Source: a virus
DNA: 64,000 nucleotides
Virus record (IMG/VR): IMGVR_UViG_3300036987_000083
Location: 115,490 to 179,489 of that record
Direction: 5' to 3' (one strand)
Positions within the stretch are counted from its first letter, which is position 1. The number at the start of each line of letters is the position of its first letter. Shown piece by piece: positions 1-9,604 of this stretch. The translations under genes and the position numbers were made by a program. Under the pieces are notes generated by a model. That model did no database searches and was not told the origin of the DNA. It was given only the letters and a program-made list of their open reading frames with translations.

Positions 1-1
1 C

Positions 2-868
2 GACATCGCTGGGGCCAAGAGCGCATTAGACCAGATTCTCTCCTTGGTAAAGCCGTTCGTCACGGTAGAGTCTGCCGAAGCTCTTGTTAAAGCCAAGGAC
101 GCGGAAATTGCAAAACTGCAGAGTGTCATTGCAGAGCGCGATGCCCAGATTGCGGAACTAGAGCAGGATGGGGCCAAGTTGGCTGAAACTGCTCGGGAAG
201 TCGGCTACAAGTTCTTCCTGGAGCAGCAAGTGTCGAATGACGCAGATGCTGCCCTCATTAGGAAGCTTGTGGGGGACGTAAAGGGCTACGGCAAGGCCGA
301 AGACATTAAGACTAAGATTGAGGCTATTCGAGCCGAGCTAGATAGTAAGCGCCAAGAGCAGGCTGCGCTTGCCGCAGAAATCCGCGCTCAAGTGGAAAAG
401 GCTGCCGCCGTCGAACAACAGGCGACCCAGCGGGCCAAGGTCGAGGCACAGCGTGCGCAGGTTGAGGCGAAGAAAGCCCAGGCAGAAACTGAACTGCTCA
501 AGGAAGCCCTTGAGAAGGCAGTTGAAGGCCAAAAGGATATGGCGCTTCGACTCTATGTGGAAAAGCGACTTGCAAATCATCCAAAGGCCGGTAAAGTTCG
601 GTCATTGATTGAATCTTCACACCCCACGTCGAAAGCTGACGTGGATGGAATCCTCAACTCCTATAGCCACGAACCGGCACGGGACACTGACACGCTTGAG
701 CAGGTCAGGGCTCGGGTCCGGAAAGTAACTAGAGGGGGTACGGGATCTACAGCGCTCGACGAGGAGGCCCCAGCGGCTAGCGTTGTAGGGAAGCAAGGAG
801 TAGACTTCGCAGGATTAGGCGTTTCAATTGGTGATTTACAGCGTCTTTCCGGCATCGACCGGAAGTAA
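2..868 (+). CDS. Prohead core/scaffold-like coiled-coil protein (5' partial)
   Basis: Frame is open from the window edge; Ala/Glu/Lys coiled-coil; directly upstream of the major capsid gene. Confidence 0.6.
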   Translation, partial: DIAGAKSALDQILSLVKPFVTVESAEALVKAKDAEIAKLQSVIAERDAQIAELEQDGAKLAETAREVGYKFFLEQQVSNDADAALIRKLVGDVKGYGKAEDIKTKIEAIRAELDSKRQEQAALAAEIRAQVEKAAAVEQQATQRAKVEAQRAQVEAKKAQAETELLKEALEKAVEGQKDMALRLYVEKRLANHPKAGKVRSLIESSHPTSKADVDGILNSYSHEPARDTDTLEQVRARVRKVTRGGTGSTALDEEAPAASVVGKQGVDFAGLGVSIGDLQRLSGIDRK

Positions 869-895
869 TACAACAACACCCCCTAGGAGCACAAA

Positions 896-2398
896 ATGAG
901 TGTCGAAGCACGTAAGATGGTAAATGAAGACTCGCGCGGCACGATTGAGGACAAGACCCTCGTCGGCGCGCTAGTGAGGAAGTGGGAGCCGATGCTGGAA
1001 GGCATCGCAAATCGTACCACCCAAGACAAGTATACCGTCGGTGTGACGGCAATGCTGATGGAGAATCAGTCTCAGTATCTCCAGAACCTGAATGAAGAGA
1101 CCAAGACGGTGAACGTGGGTAGCTTTACCAAGTTCATCTTCCCAGTCCTTCGTCGGGTGTTCCCGAACCTCATCGCAAACGAGATTGTTTCCGTTCAGCC
1201 GATGACTGCACCTGTTGGCGCTGTGTTCTTCCTCGATTATGTGTACGGGACGAACAAGGGCGGCACGAACGCAGGTAACGTGTTCCCTCGTGATTTCGAC
1301 AGGGACTACTCGGGCGAGTTTATCAACGGCGAGCAACTTGCCACTGGTGACGGCGCGGCATTCAGCGGTGGTGGTGCGTTCCTGAACGTAACGACGGGCT
1401 TTAACCCGGTTCGCCCCCTGGACACGAGCCGTGGTTTCTCGCTCATTGTCCGCGAGGTTAACAAGACCACGGGCGCTACTGTGCAGCAGGCTGTAGATAA
1501 CGGCACAGGCGGGTTCACGGGTGCAGCATCAGGTACGGTTAACTACTCTTCGGGTGCCATTGACGGCTTCAAGTTCAACGCAATCCCGGCGGTAGGCAAC
1601 CCGATCAAGGCGTTCTACTTCTACGACGGCGAAATGTCGAACAAGGTGCCACAGATCCAGCTCGACGTGAAGAAGGCTGCCGTTGAGGCCACGCCGCGCC
1701 GCCTGAAGGCTCTCTGGTCGTCGGAAGCCGCTGAAGACCTCCGTGCGTTCCACGGCCTCGACGCAGAGACTGAGATTGTCTCTGCCGTGGCTCAGGAAAT
1801 CGCGCTGGAGATTGACCGCGAAATCATCCAGTCGCTGTTCGCAGCGTCCACTGGTACCACGGCCACCTTCGACCGTATCCCCCCGGCCGGTATCGCCGAG
1901 ATGGACCACCTTCGCTCGATGATTACCCAAATCTCGACTGTTTCAAATCTGATTCACAAGAAGACGCTTCGTGCGCCAGCGAACTTCATTGTGACCAGTC
2001 CCGAGGTCTCGGCACTGTTCGCGCAGCTCACCACGCATGGTGACTTCCGCGCGTCGTTCCAGAGCAGCGGCGAGATGTACGGCGGCAGCATGGATATGCC
2101 CCGCCAGAACGCGGGCGTTCCCCAGGGCCAGTTCGGTATCTACAAGGTCGGCACCCTGATGAATAAGTGGCAGGTTTACGAGGATCCCTTCTTCTCGCGT
2201 GACCAGATGCTCATTGGTCTCAAGGGCAGCAGCTACCTCGATGCCGGTTACGTGTGGGCTCCGTACATCCCGCTTCAGGTTACCCCGACGTTCCTGGATC
2301 CTGCGGACTTCTCGTTCCGCAAGGGTCTCCGTACCCGTTACGCAACGAAGCTGCTGCGTTCGGAGTACTACGGCCAGGTGCGGGTCACAAATCTTTGA
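896..2398 (+). CDS. Major capsid protein, T4 gp23-like
   Basis: Motifs VSVQPMTAPVGAVFFLDY, LRAFHGLDAETE..EIALEIDREII, WAPYIPLQ..DPADFSFRKGLRTRYA; SD AGGAG at 885. Confidence 0.95.
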   Translation: MSVEARKMVNEDSRGTIEDKTLVGALVRKWEPMLEGIANRTTQDKYTVGVTAMLMENQSQYLQNLNEETKTVNVGSFTKFIFPVLRRVFPNLIANEIVSVQPMTAPVGAVFFLDYVYGTNKGGTNAGNVFPRDFDRDYSGEFINGEQLATGDGAAFSGGGAFLNVTTGFNPVRPLDTSRGFSLIVREVNKTTGATVQQAVDNGTGGFTGAASGTVNYSSGAIDGFKFNAIPAVGNPIKAFYFYDGEMSNKVPQIQLDVKKAAVEATPRRLKALWSSEAAEDLRAFHGLDAETEIVSAVAQEIALEIDREIIQSLFAASTGTTATFDRIPPAGIAEMDHLRSMITQISTVSNLIHKKTLRAPANFIVTSPEVSALFAQLTTHGDFRASFQSSGEMYGGSMDMPRQNAGVPQGQFGIYKVGTLMNKWQVYEDPFFSRDQMLIGLKGSSYLDAGYVWAPYIPLQVTPTFLDPADFSFRKGLRTRYATKLLRSEYYGQVRVTNL

Positions 2399-2425
2399 CC
2401 GGACCCTAGTACTCAGCAACTAGCT

Positions 2426-3417
2426 ATGGTACGACTCGGCCCGTCAACCATTTCGGTTGGCGGGCCGAGGTCTTTTATGGGCACTCAACACGCGAAGAAG
2501 CGCAAGTACACGACTCCCGAAGAGCAGGTGGCTTTGGTGGCCGAATACCAAGATGGGGCGACCCAAACTGCGCTTGCCGAGAAGTACGGGATTACTCAAA
2601 ACGCGGTCAGCAAGCTGCTGCAGCGCCTGGGCGTGAAGGCTCGCACTCAGACCGAGGCACAACCACCGACATTCGATGTGGCGGAGGCAGCGCGGCTTTG
2701 GGCGGAAGAGAAGCGCACTACCTACGAGATTGCGACACTGCTCGGGGTGTCTCAGTCGGTAGTGGGGTCACACCTGCTGCGTGCGGGCATCTCCAAGAGC
2801 AAGGGACGGGGCCAGCGCTATCGCCATTTTGACCGAGAGTTCTTCACGAAGGTCACGCACGAGTCTGCGTATTTTGCGGGGTTCGTTGCGGCCGACGGAT
2901 GTGTCCATGGGGAGAACGACACCGTGTCCTTCGGGCTGCACCCGAACGACCGTGTCGTGCTGGAGAACTTGAGGGCGGCGGCAAAGCTGGAGCAGCCGAT
3001 TACCGAGCGGAACAACAACTTCGGCAAGCCCTATGTCTGGATGAGTGTGACTTCCCAGAGTGGGTTGAGTCCCTGGAGCGTATCTATAAAATTACGCCCA
3101 AGAAGTCCTTGACGCTCCAGCCGCCAACCGAGCTGGGCTGGGAGTACGTGTGGTCCTATGTTCGGGGCTACTTTGATGGTGACGGCCATGCGACGAAAGA
3201 TGGGAAGGGCGTGCAGATTACTTGCGGGTCATTGCCCTTTATTACTTGGGTTATTCTGGACCTGTTTCGTTCGCACCACAAGATATACGAGCACCCCAAG
3301 TACGAGCGCGCTGACGGTACATCGGCACCCACGTATGGCTGCTACGTATCGGAGAAAACCCGTCTGAAGTACCGAGAGAAGAAAGTCGCAGCCGCGCAGA
3401 AGGAACCGCTGGGCTAG
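2426..3417 (+). pseudogene. HTH + LAGLIDADG homing endonuclease split by a -1 frameshift near 3050
   Basis: Motif 1 AYFAGFVAADG in ORF 2426-3112; ITPKKSLTLQPP and motif 2 SYVRGYFDGDG in ORF 2899-3417. Confidence 0.8.
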
Positions 3418-3539
3418 CGTGTTGCCCCTGAGAAGTTCAGTCAGCGGAATTAGGACTACACAGCCGGGCTAAAAGTACAGTAGAGTCTGGCTGATAGAAT
3501 TTGAATGTGCTAAAAGCATATAGTCCTACCAGGAGCCCC

Positions 3540-4199
3540 ATGCGCGCACTGCTTCGTGAGTTACAGGCCTCAATGCACCCAGAGAATTCTGAGACCCAGG
3601 AGGGGGTTTGGGGTGGGATTAAGAAAGCGGCGGGCAAGGTGGCCAGTGTGGCAGACACTGCCGTTAGCGCAGTTCCGGTGGTTGGAACTGCCTATGACGC
3701 AGGAGTCGGACTGTATAAGGCGGGTAGAACGCTTCAACACGGAACAACAGCGCTGAGGAAATGGGCAACTGGCGACAAGCAAGGAGCCGCAGCCTCAGCT
3801 CAAAAGGCCAAGGAGGCTGGCGTAGATACCTTGGGCCGCGCCGCAGGCGTTGGTGCTTCCGTGCTGGCTCCGGGCGTGGGAGGTGCCGCCGCTAGTCTGG
3901 CTACAAAGGTAGCTGCAAAGCCCCTCGTTAAGGCTGCTGTAAGCGGCGCCGTGAAGCCTGTTCTGAAGAGCGCGGCAAGAGCTGGAACTGCTGTTGCGCA
4001 GAATGCGATTAAAAAGAAGCCCAAAATCTCGCCCGCAGTGCCGCCCACGCCCCCTCTTGTGCCCGCCAAGCAGAGCGAGTCTGTGCTGTTCCAATCAGTC
4101 CGGGCGCTGGTGGAATTTAGAAGCTTGGTAGGTCTACCTATTACGCAGGAGCACCGAGCGCAACTAGAGGCAGAAGAGTCACTTGACGCAGGAAGTTAA
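3540..4199 (+). CDS. Hypothetical Ala/Gly/Lys-rich protein, probably virion-associated
   Basis: ORF with AGGAG SD before ATG 3540. Confidence 0.6.
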   Translation: MRALLRELQASMHPENSETQEGVWGGIKKAAGKVASVADTAVSAVPVVGTAYDAGVGLYKAGRTLQHGTTALRKWATGDKQGAAASAQKAKEAGVDTLGRAAGVGASVLAPGVGGAAASLATKVAAKPLVKAAVSGAVKPVLKSAARAGTAVAQNAIKKKPKISPAVPPTPPLVPAKQSESVLFQSVRALVEFRSLVGLPITQEHRAQLEAEESLDAGS

Positions 4200-4233
4200 C
4201 TAGCGACCATATGGTCGCGCTGAGAGGACGAGG

Positions 4234-4794
4234 ATGAGCAAAGCATCGGACATTTTGAGGGAGTTGGAGGACATTGGTGCGGTGGGCGACAAAGTACAGG
4301 AAGTGGTGGTTCGCCGTTTAGTCCCCGTCCCGACCCTCCCTGTTGCTGAAGAAAGCATGCCTTCGGCTGCGGTCGCTTCGCTGTCACCGAGCGGGTTGCT
4401 TGCCGGATTTGGCGATCAGCTCTCCTCCTTGGAGCAGGCACTGCAAGGCATGCTGAATTGGTGTGCAGGCGCTCGTGAGCTGGCGCAGGAGTATGAGCAG
4501 GTAGAGACCGGCGTGGAGGAGTGCGCGGAACCAGAAGAATCAGAAGAATCAGAAGAATCAGCAGAGTCGGCAACCGAGACTGACTCCGAGGAAGGCGAGG
4601 AGGAGGAGGAGGAGGAGGAGGAGGCAGACGCTTCGGTTGAAGTAGAAGCTGCAGAGGCGGGGGCTACGATAGCAACTCCCGCGAAGCCTAAGTACACCAA
4701 GGAGGAGCTTAAGCGGCTCTTTTTGGATCCAACGTTCGAATCTAAAGAAGTTCAGGCAACGCCACCTTCTGTGGCAGAGGTTTCCCATGAGTAA
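4234..4794 (+). CDS. Hypothetical acidic protein with poly-Glu tract
   Basis: ORF with GAGG SD; part of an overlapping gene chain. Confidence 0.6.
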   Translation: MSKASDILRELEDIGAVGDKVQEVVVRRLVPVPTLPVAEESMPSAAVASLSPSGLLAGFGDQLSSLEQALQGMLNWCAGARELAQEYEQVETGVEECAEPEESEESEESAESATETDSEEGEEEEEEEEEADASVEVEAAEAGATIATPAKPKYTKEELKRLFLDPTFESKEVQATPPSVAEVSHE

Positions 4795-5272
4795 CTACAA
4801 GCTGAAGCCGGGGCTGACGTCCGTATTTCTTCCTGGTGCTGGAAAAGTGACCACAAAAACAGTGCTAACAGGGGAGCAGTACCAACGATTTGTTCCCCAG
4901 TTCCTAGTGGAGGCGCCTGAGACCAGCCCCGTAACGGGGGGAGCTGTTTCACCCCCTCCTGTTGCGGTCCCCACGCTTACGCCCGCTGTCGCACCAGTTC
5001 CCGTCGCAGAGGCGACCCCCGAGCGCACGCCAGAGCTTGTTGTTGTTACCGCGCCGGAAGCTGATGCGGCTCCTGAACCGGTGTCAGAGCCTGTGGTTGC
5101 GCCTTCTCCAATTACGGAGACTCTCCCCGAGCCAGTAGTGCCAGAAGTACTTCAAGAAGTAGTCCCTGCCCCTGCGGCTGTTCTAGATTCGCCAGAGGTC
5201 TCGGCAACCGCTATTGTAGGGGGGACTCCTTCAGCACCAGTTCGTCCCGCAGAGAGGAAAAAGAGGAGGTAA
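4787..5272 (+). CDS. Hypothetical Pro/Val/Ala/Glu-rich protein
   Basis: ORF overlaps the previous stop; low-complexity tail. Confidence 0.6.
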   Translation: MSNYKLKPGLTSVFLPGAGKVTTKTVLTGEQYQRFVPQFLVEAPETSPVTGGAVSPPPVAVPTLTPAVAPVPVAEATPERTPELVVVTAPEADAAPEPVSEPVVAPSPITETLPEPVVPEVLQEVVPAPAAVLDSPEVSATAIVGGTPSAPVRPAERKKRR

Positions 5273-5275
5273 CCA

Positions 5276-6004
5276 GTGACGGTCAATACCTTGATGGACG
5301 AGGCGGCGCTCCTCAATTGGATGCTGCGTCGTTTGGGTGCCCCTCTACTCAAGGTGGAGTTGACGCAGTGTCACTTTGAGGACAACATTTCAGATGCCAA
5401 GCACTGGTTCTCCTCGAAAAAAGGGGTGAAGAAGCAGATGATTATGCGAACCGTGCCCGGCCAAGTGGAGTACCCCTTGGCCGATGATGTGGACACGGTC
5501 CTTGACGTGGCATTCTCTGTCCCACCCATGGACATCTCCACGGTCTTCTACCCTTTCGCCATGCAGGGAGAGTCCATCCCTTACAACGCGTTTATGGCGC
5601 CAGGCTCTGGTGGACTGTATTCCTCGTACACGCAAACCCTGATGTACGTTGAAAGCGCTAAAAGAGTTTTGGGTGCCGAGCCCGACTGGCGACAGGAAGG
5701 TCGAAAGCTCTATTTGTTCCCTGTGCCTAAAAACGACAACGGCGTCTGGGTAGATTACAAGGCCAACGTTTTCACCATTGAGCAGCTTAATGAGCGCGAC
5801 CACGATTTGGTGAAGCGGTATGCCTTGGCAAAGGCCAAGGCAGACCTAGCGGAAATTCGCGGTAAGTACGATTCTTACCCAGGGGCCCAAGGCAGCACCA
5901 CGCTGAACTCTGCCATTTTGAGGGAATCCGCACTCGCAGAAATAGAAAAGCTCGAAGAGGAGATCATCCTGAGCGGGTATCCACTTGGATTCACCACGGG
6001 ATGA
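5276..6004 (+). CDS. Neck/head-completion protein, T4 gp13-like
   Basis: N-terminal WMLRRLGAPLLKVELT and C-terminal LAEIRGKY..GST TLN pattern; position between head and tail genes. Confidence 0.75.
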   Translation: MTVNTLMDEAALLNWMLRRLGAPLLKVELTQCHFEDNISDAKHWFSSKKGVKKQMIMRTVPGQVEYPLADDVDTVLDVAFSVPPMDISTVFYPFAMQGESIPYNAFMAPGSGGLYSSYTQTLMYVESAKRVLGAEPDWRQEGRKLYLFPVPKNDNGVWVDYKANVFTIEQLNERDHDLVKRYALAKAKADLAEIRGKYDSYPGAQGSTTLNSAILRESALAEIEKLEEEIILSGYPLGFTTG

Positions 6005-6007
6005 CCC

Positions 6008-6598
6008 ATGGCAGACAATTGCAAGAACCCTAAACCGTACGCCTTTGCAGGGAATGGCTGCATTGTGTCCCCCATGAAGGATGGGGAGGATTTTAGAATT
6101 AGCGACTCCGAGAGGGGACTTCTCGAAGGGTACGCAAACGAGCAAACCAAAATTGGCGGGGTGCCGGTAGACTACTGGTGCATTAACGCTGTGGATACGG
6201 TGAGGGATCCTTTATACGCGGAGCCGATAGAGCGCATGTTTATTGGCCCCTTCCGTCTCTTTGCTGTATTCCAAGCGCCACAGCATACCGTTAGTTCCAC
6301 GGAAGAGGGGCTCTTGGACGAGTTTACCTCCACTTGTTCCATCCCACGGAAGGCGTTTGAAGACGCTGGGGCGCCTCTTCCGGGGCCTGGGGACGTGCTA
6401 AACGTGTGGAACCTCCCTATTTACACGGCCATATCCACCGTGGAGGCGCTGCCACTGCCGGGATCCGGCTACTACTTTGACATCTTGCAGGCCAACCCCG
6501 ATGGCTACATTGCAGACAGCCCTACTTTTGTCAGGTGGGTTCTACCCCTCAAGCGCCGTACCACCTTTACGCCGGAACGCCGGTTAGTACGTCCGTAA
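6008..6598 (+). CDS. Neck/head-closure protein, T4 gp14-like
   Basis: Follows the gp13-like gene; DPLYAEPIER motif. Confidence 0.55.
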   Translation: MADNCKNPKPYAFAGNGCIVSPMKDGEDFRISDSERGLLEGYANEQTKIGGVPVDYWCINAVDTVRDPLYAEPIERMFIGPFRLFAVFQAPQHTVSSTEEGLLDEFTSTCSIPRKAFEDAGAPLPGPGDVLNVWNLPIYTAISTVEALPLPGSGYYFDILQANPDGYIADSPTFVRWVLPLKRRTTFTPERRLVRP

Positions 6599-6607
6599 GG
6601 GGGTCAC

Positions 6608-7069
6608 ATGGGAGTAGATCCGACTAAGGTGGCACTGGCGATGGCTGGGGGCTTGAGTGCCGTGTGCGCTTCCTGTCAAAAGTACTGGGAGGCCCGGGAC
6701 CGTGGCATTCCAGGCGATGCCTGCACTTCCAAGATGAAGTGCGGCTCCCCCATGGCCGGAGACGCTTTTACGGATTATGACGGGCCGCTCAAGGGTGCGC
6801 TTCATCAGTGGTGTTTTGTCTGCGCAAAGCGCTCTGATTTCGGCATTAAAGTTACGGGGCGACTAGTCACCATAGGTGTTTGCAGGGGACACGTACGCTA
6901 CATAGAAGACTTACGCGTAGTAGGGGGGCCGGTGCTGCGCATAGAGGTGCAGGATGCTAACAACGCCGCTCCTGGCGTAATTCCAACGAAGCGCTCATTA
7001 GCAGAGGCTATTAACGAGGTTGAGCGCTACTACGCCAAAAAAGAAGGGAGAGACCCCGATGCCGCGTAA
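6608..7069 (+). CDS. Hypothetical Cys-rich protein
   Basis: CxxC motifs; ORF in gene chain. Confidence 0.55.
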   Translation: MGVDPTKVALAMAGGLSAVCASCQKYWEARDRGIPGDACTSKMKCGSPMAGDAFTDYDGPLKGALHQWCFVCAKRSDFGIKVTGRLVTIGVCRGHVRYIEDLRVVGGPVLRIEVQDANNAAPGVIPTKRSLAEAINEVERYYAKKEGRDPDAA

Positions 7070-7913
7070 TCGAGGGTTATCTCTGCGAATTACACCCGAT
7101 AAAGAGAACAAAGATGTTTTGCGGATGCTGGAGTTGAACTGGAAAAAGCGCTTCGAGAACTTGAAGGCCCAGATAGTTTACCGCGCAGCTTCTAGCTTTT
7201 TGGATACTATCCGCAAGAAAGTACCTTCGACTACAGACACAAAGCAGTACCTCGATGCTTTAGAGCTTGTTCGCATCAAGGGGCTGCCTGATGCGGCAGT
7301 CGGCTACGCTATCCGGTCCAAGCCCAAAAAGGCACGCGGCAGCAAGCTCGGCACGGACAGCACCATCATCTACGTGCAGGCTCGCAGGAGTCCAAAAAGA
7401 CTGAACCCCGAAGTGGCTACACTCGTACGGCACAGCCCTTGGACTTTAGAGTCTTTGCCATTCATGCCCAAAAAGAGTGATGCCTTACTTGTCTACCGGA
7501 AGGTAAGTGCACGCACAGTGGAAAAAGTGACGAAGGCCCGTAAAAAAGACAGCCGAAAGTGGGTGCGAGAACTTAGTCGCAAAAACATTAAGCCCAAGAA
7601 CTCCAAACGAAAGTGGAATTCCGGAAACTCAGGTCTCAAGTCCATCTCAGATATTGCATACACTGCGTTGAACATGGAGTTCGGTACTGGCGGGGTCAGC
7701 GCGCAGCCGCACTGGCGCATCGCTGCTTCAGTATTGAAACGCAAAGAGATTGGAAATATGATTAAAGGTCAAGACTTTGCCAGGTCTGTAACAAAGCCTG
7801 AATCCAAAACGTGGGTGACTTGGCCAAAGAAGACGCAGAAAAGCATTTCGGCTACAGTAGCTAAAACTTTTGTACCGTTTCAGAAAAAGCTTGGAATCAA
7901 GTTTAACTCCTAA
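7059..7913 (+). CDS. Hypothetical basic protein, possible head-tail component
   Basis: ATG overlaps the previous gene; located in the structural module. Confidence 0.5.
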   Translation: MPRNRGLSLRITPDKENKDVLRMLELNWKKRFENLKAQIVYRAASSFLDTIRKKVPSTTDTKQYLDALELVRIKGLPDAAVGYAIRSKPKKARGSKLGTDSTIIYVQARRSPKRLNPEVATLVRHSPWTLESLPFMPKKSDALLVYRKVSARTVEKVTKARKKDSRKWVRELSRKNIKPKNSKRKWNSGNSGLKSISDIAYTALNMEFGTGGVSAQPHWRIAASVLKRKEIGNMIKGQDFARSVTKPESKTWVTWPKKTQKSISATVAKTFVPFQKKLGIKFNS

Positions 7914-7932
7914 ACCCACCAAAGGTACCTGA

Positions 7933-8343
7933 ATGAACGCACAGATTAACGGAGTACTAGAGCAGATTCGCGAGAAGCTGCTGGAGTCTGCTTGGGGTGG
8001 TGCGGTGGTGACACCAGTTCCTCCTGGGGTGACTCCGGATCTACCTATGGCAAATACCGCGAAGGCGGCAGATATCCCGGATTCAGAGACAGATGACGCG
8101 CTCGACATGTACCTCTCCGGCATGGTGGATAGCCTGCTGAATCAGTACGACGCTACCGACGAGGAGGCGGCCGACATTGTTTTTGCGGCAATCGACCGGG
8201 CCGTTCAGGATGGCAAGATTCCGGAAATGCCGAGCGACAATGCGGATCCGCAGGAGATTCCGTTGTGGGTAGGCAAGGCCACCATCGCCAACCTCTCTCG
8301 CTACGTAAACGAGTTTGCGCGTGAAAATTCGGAAGAAGCGTAA
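7933..8343 (+). CDS. Hypothetical acidic protein
   Basis: ORF in gene chain. Confidence 0.55.
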   Translation: MNAQINGVLEQIREKLLESAWGGAVVTPVPPGVTPDLPMANTAKAADIPDSETDDALDMYLSGMVDSLLNQYDATDEEAADIVFAAIDRAVQDGKIPEMPSDNADPQEIPLWVGKATIANLSRYVNEFARENSEEA

Positions 8344-8359
8344 CTAAGAGGCGGACCAA

Positions 8360-9079
8360 ATGGCTGATAACGTCGGTACTGCTGCCCTTCGCGCACGAGT
8401 GGAAGGTAGCGCGCAGACAGGCATCGTGACCGTCAGGGACTTCGACCAAGGTGTCGTCGAAACGCTGGGTGCAGTTATAATCCACGACGCCTACTTCATT
8501 ACCGAATTAGCAGGCCTAGACCCACCTCCAGGGGAGCCTGGTGTGCGAGTGGTTTTCTCCCACCCGGAGGAGGTGCTGCAAACTCACCGCATGCCCGTAA
8601 TTGAGGTGCGACGAGACGATATTAGTCCTGCGGTTCAACGCTGGCACCCGGGGATGGAAACTTACCGCGCGCCTGCGGCTGGGGCTCTTAGCACTACGTC
8701 CCCTTTTTCGGGGGATGCCCGCAGGGGTTGGACCCGCACGGAGGTTGCGCAGCAAGCTGCACCGTTTGACATCCTGTACACTATCAACATTCAGGCGAGG
8801 CAGCGCCAACACATGGCGGCTGCAAACAAGATTCTGGCCTACGTGTTGGGCATCTACCAGCCGTATTCCTCCGTACTGATTTACGACAGCATAGGTGACC
8901 GTAGGTCCTACGAGGCTTTTCTTGAGGCCGTCGCACCACTTGATAACGTACCGGGGGTAGGGGATCGGACAATAGGGTTTGCTTTGTCTCTTCGGGTGGA
9001 GGCGGAATTAGATATCAATCCACCCACGAAACACGGTACAGTTTCAAGTGCAGCCCGCATTTCGCTGTTTCGGAGATAA
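8360..9079 (+). CDS. Probable tail terminator/completion protein
   Basis: Upstream of sheath; MPVIEVRRDDI..FDILYTINIQAR pattern. Confidence 0.5.
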   Translation: MADNVGTAALRARVEGSAQTGIVTVRDFDQGVVETLGAVIIHDAYFITELAGLDPPPGEPGVRVVFSHPEEVLQTHRMPVIEVRRDDISPAVQRWHPGMETYRAPAAGALSTTSPFSGDARRGWTRTEVAQQAAPFDILYTINIQARQRQHMAAANKILAYVLGIYQPYSSVLIYDSIGDRRSYEAFLEAVAPLDNVPGVGDRTIGFALSLRVEAELDINPPTKHGTVSSAARISLFRR

Positions 9080-9086
9080 GAACGCC

Positions 9087-9491
9087 ATGGGTGACTACTA
9101 CAACACGACACGTACCTCACTCAGTGTACTTTTGGGCCGGGGAGGTTCTGTGGTTATTGGACCGAAGACTTGGTGCTACGTTTCCCCCGAGGACGAGGGT
9201 ACCACAAGCCTGACGGCGTCCCTGCGTAAGGGGCACCTCGTTCGGGCTACAGCACCGAGAACGACCGCTTCGGTCCCGTCCGTGGTGCCGGTTGGTCCGC
9301 CTGTGCCTGCGGTTGCGGAGGTCCTCCCCTTGGAGGTGGTGGTGACGGCAACCCCGGTTCCAGAAAGTGCGCCTCCGACGGTCTCGACACTGGAGCCTGA
9401 GCTTGGGTCCGAGCCTGAGCCCGAGAGGCCAATTCCGACAGTAGTAGGGTATAAGCAGTCGGGTCGAAATAAGCACAGGAACTCCATCTAG
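9087..9491 (+). CDS. Hypothetical protein with Pro-rich tail
   Basis: ORF in gene chain. Confidence 0.5.
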   Translation: MGDYYNTTRTSLSVLLGRGGSVVIGPKTWCYVSPEDEGTTSLTASLRKGHLVRATAPRTTASVPSVVPVGPPVPAVAEVLPLEVVVTATPVPESAPPTVSTLEPELGSEPEPERPIPTVVGYKQSGRNKHRNSI

Positions 9492-9604
9492 GAGTCTGCT
9501 ACCGTGCGTGTCCGAAAGATTGAAACGCTCCAAAAAAAGTGTATGGAGCCGCAAAGTATTCTAAAACACGAACCAGCGCTCACGCGCATTACTAGGAGCT
9601 GAAA

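Noticed and set aside
4597-4623. GAG triplet repeat
   Set aside because: It simply encodes the poly-Glu tract of an acidic protein.
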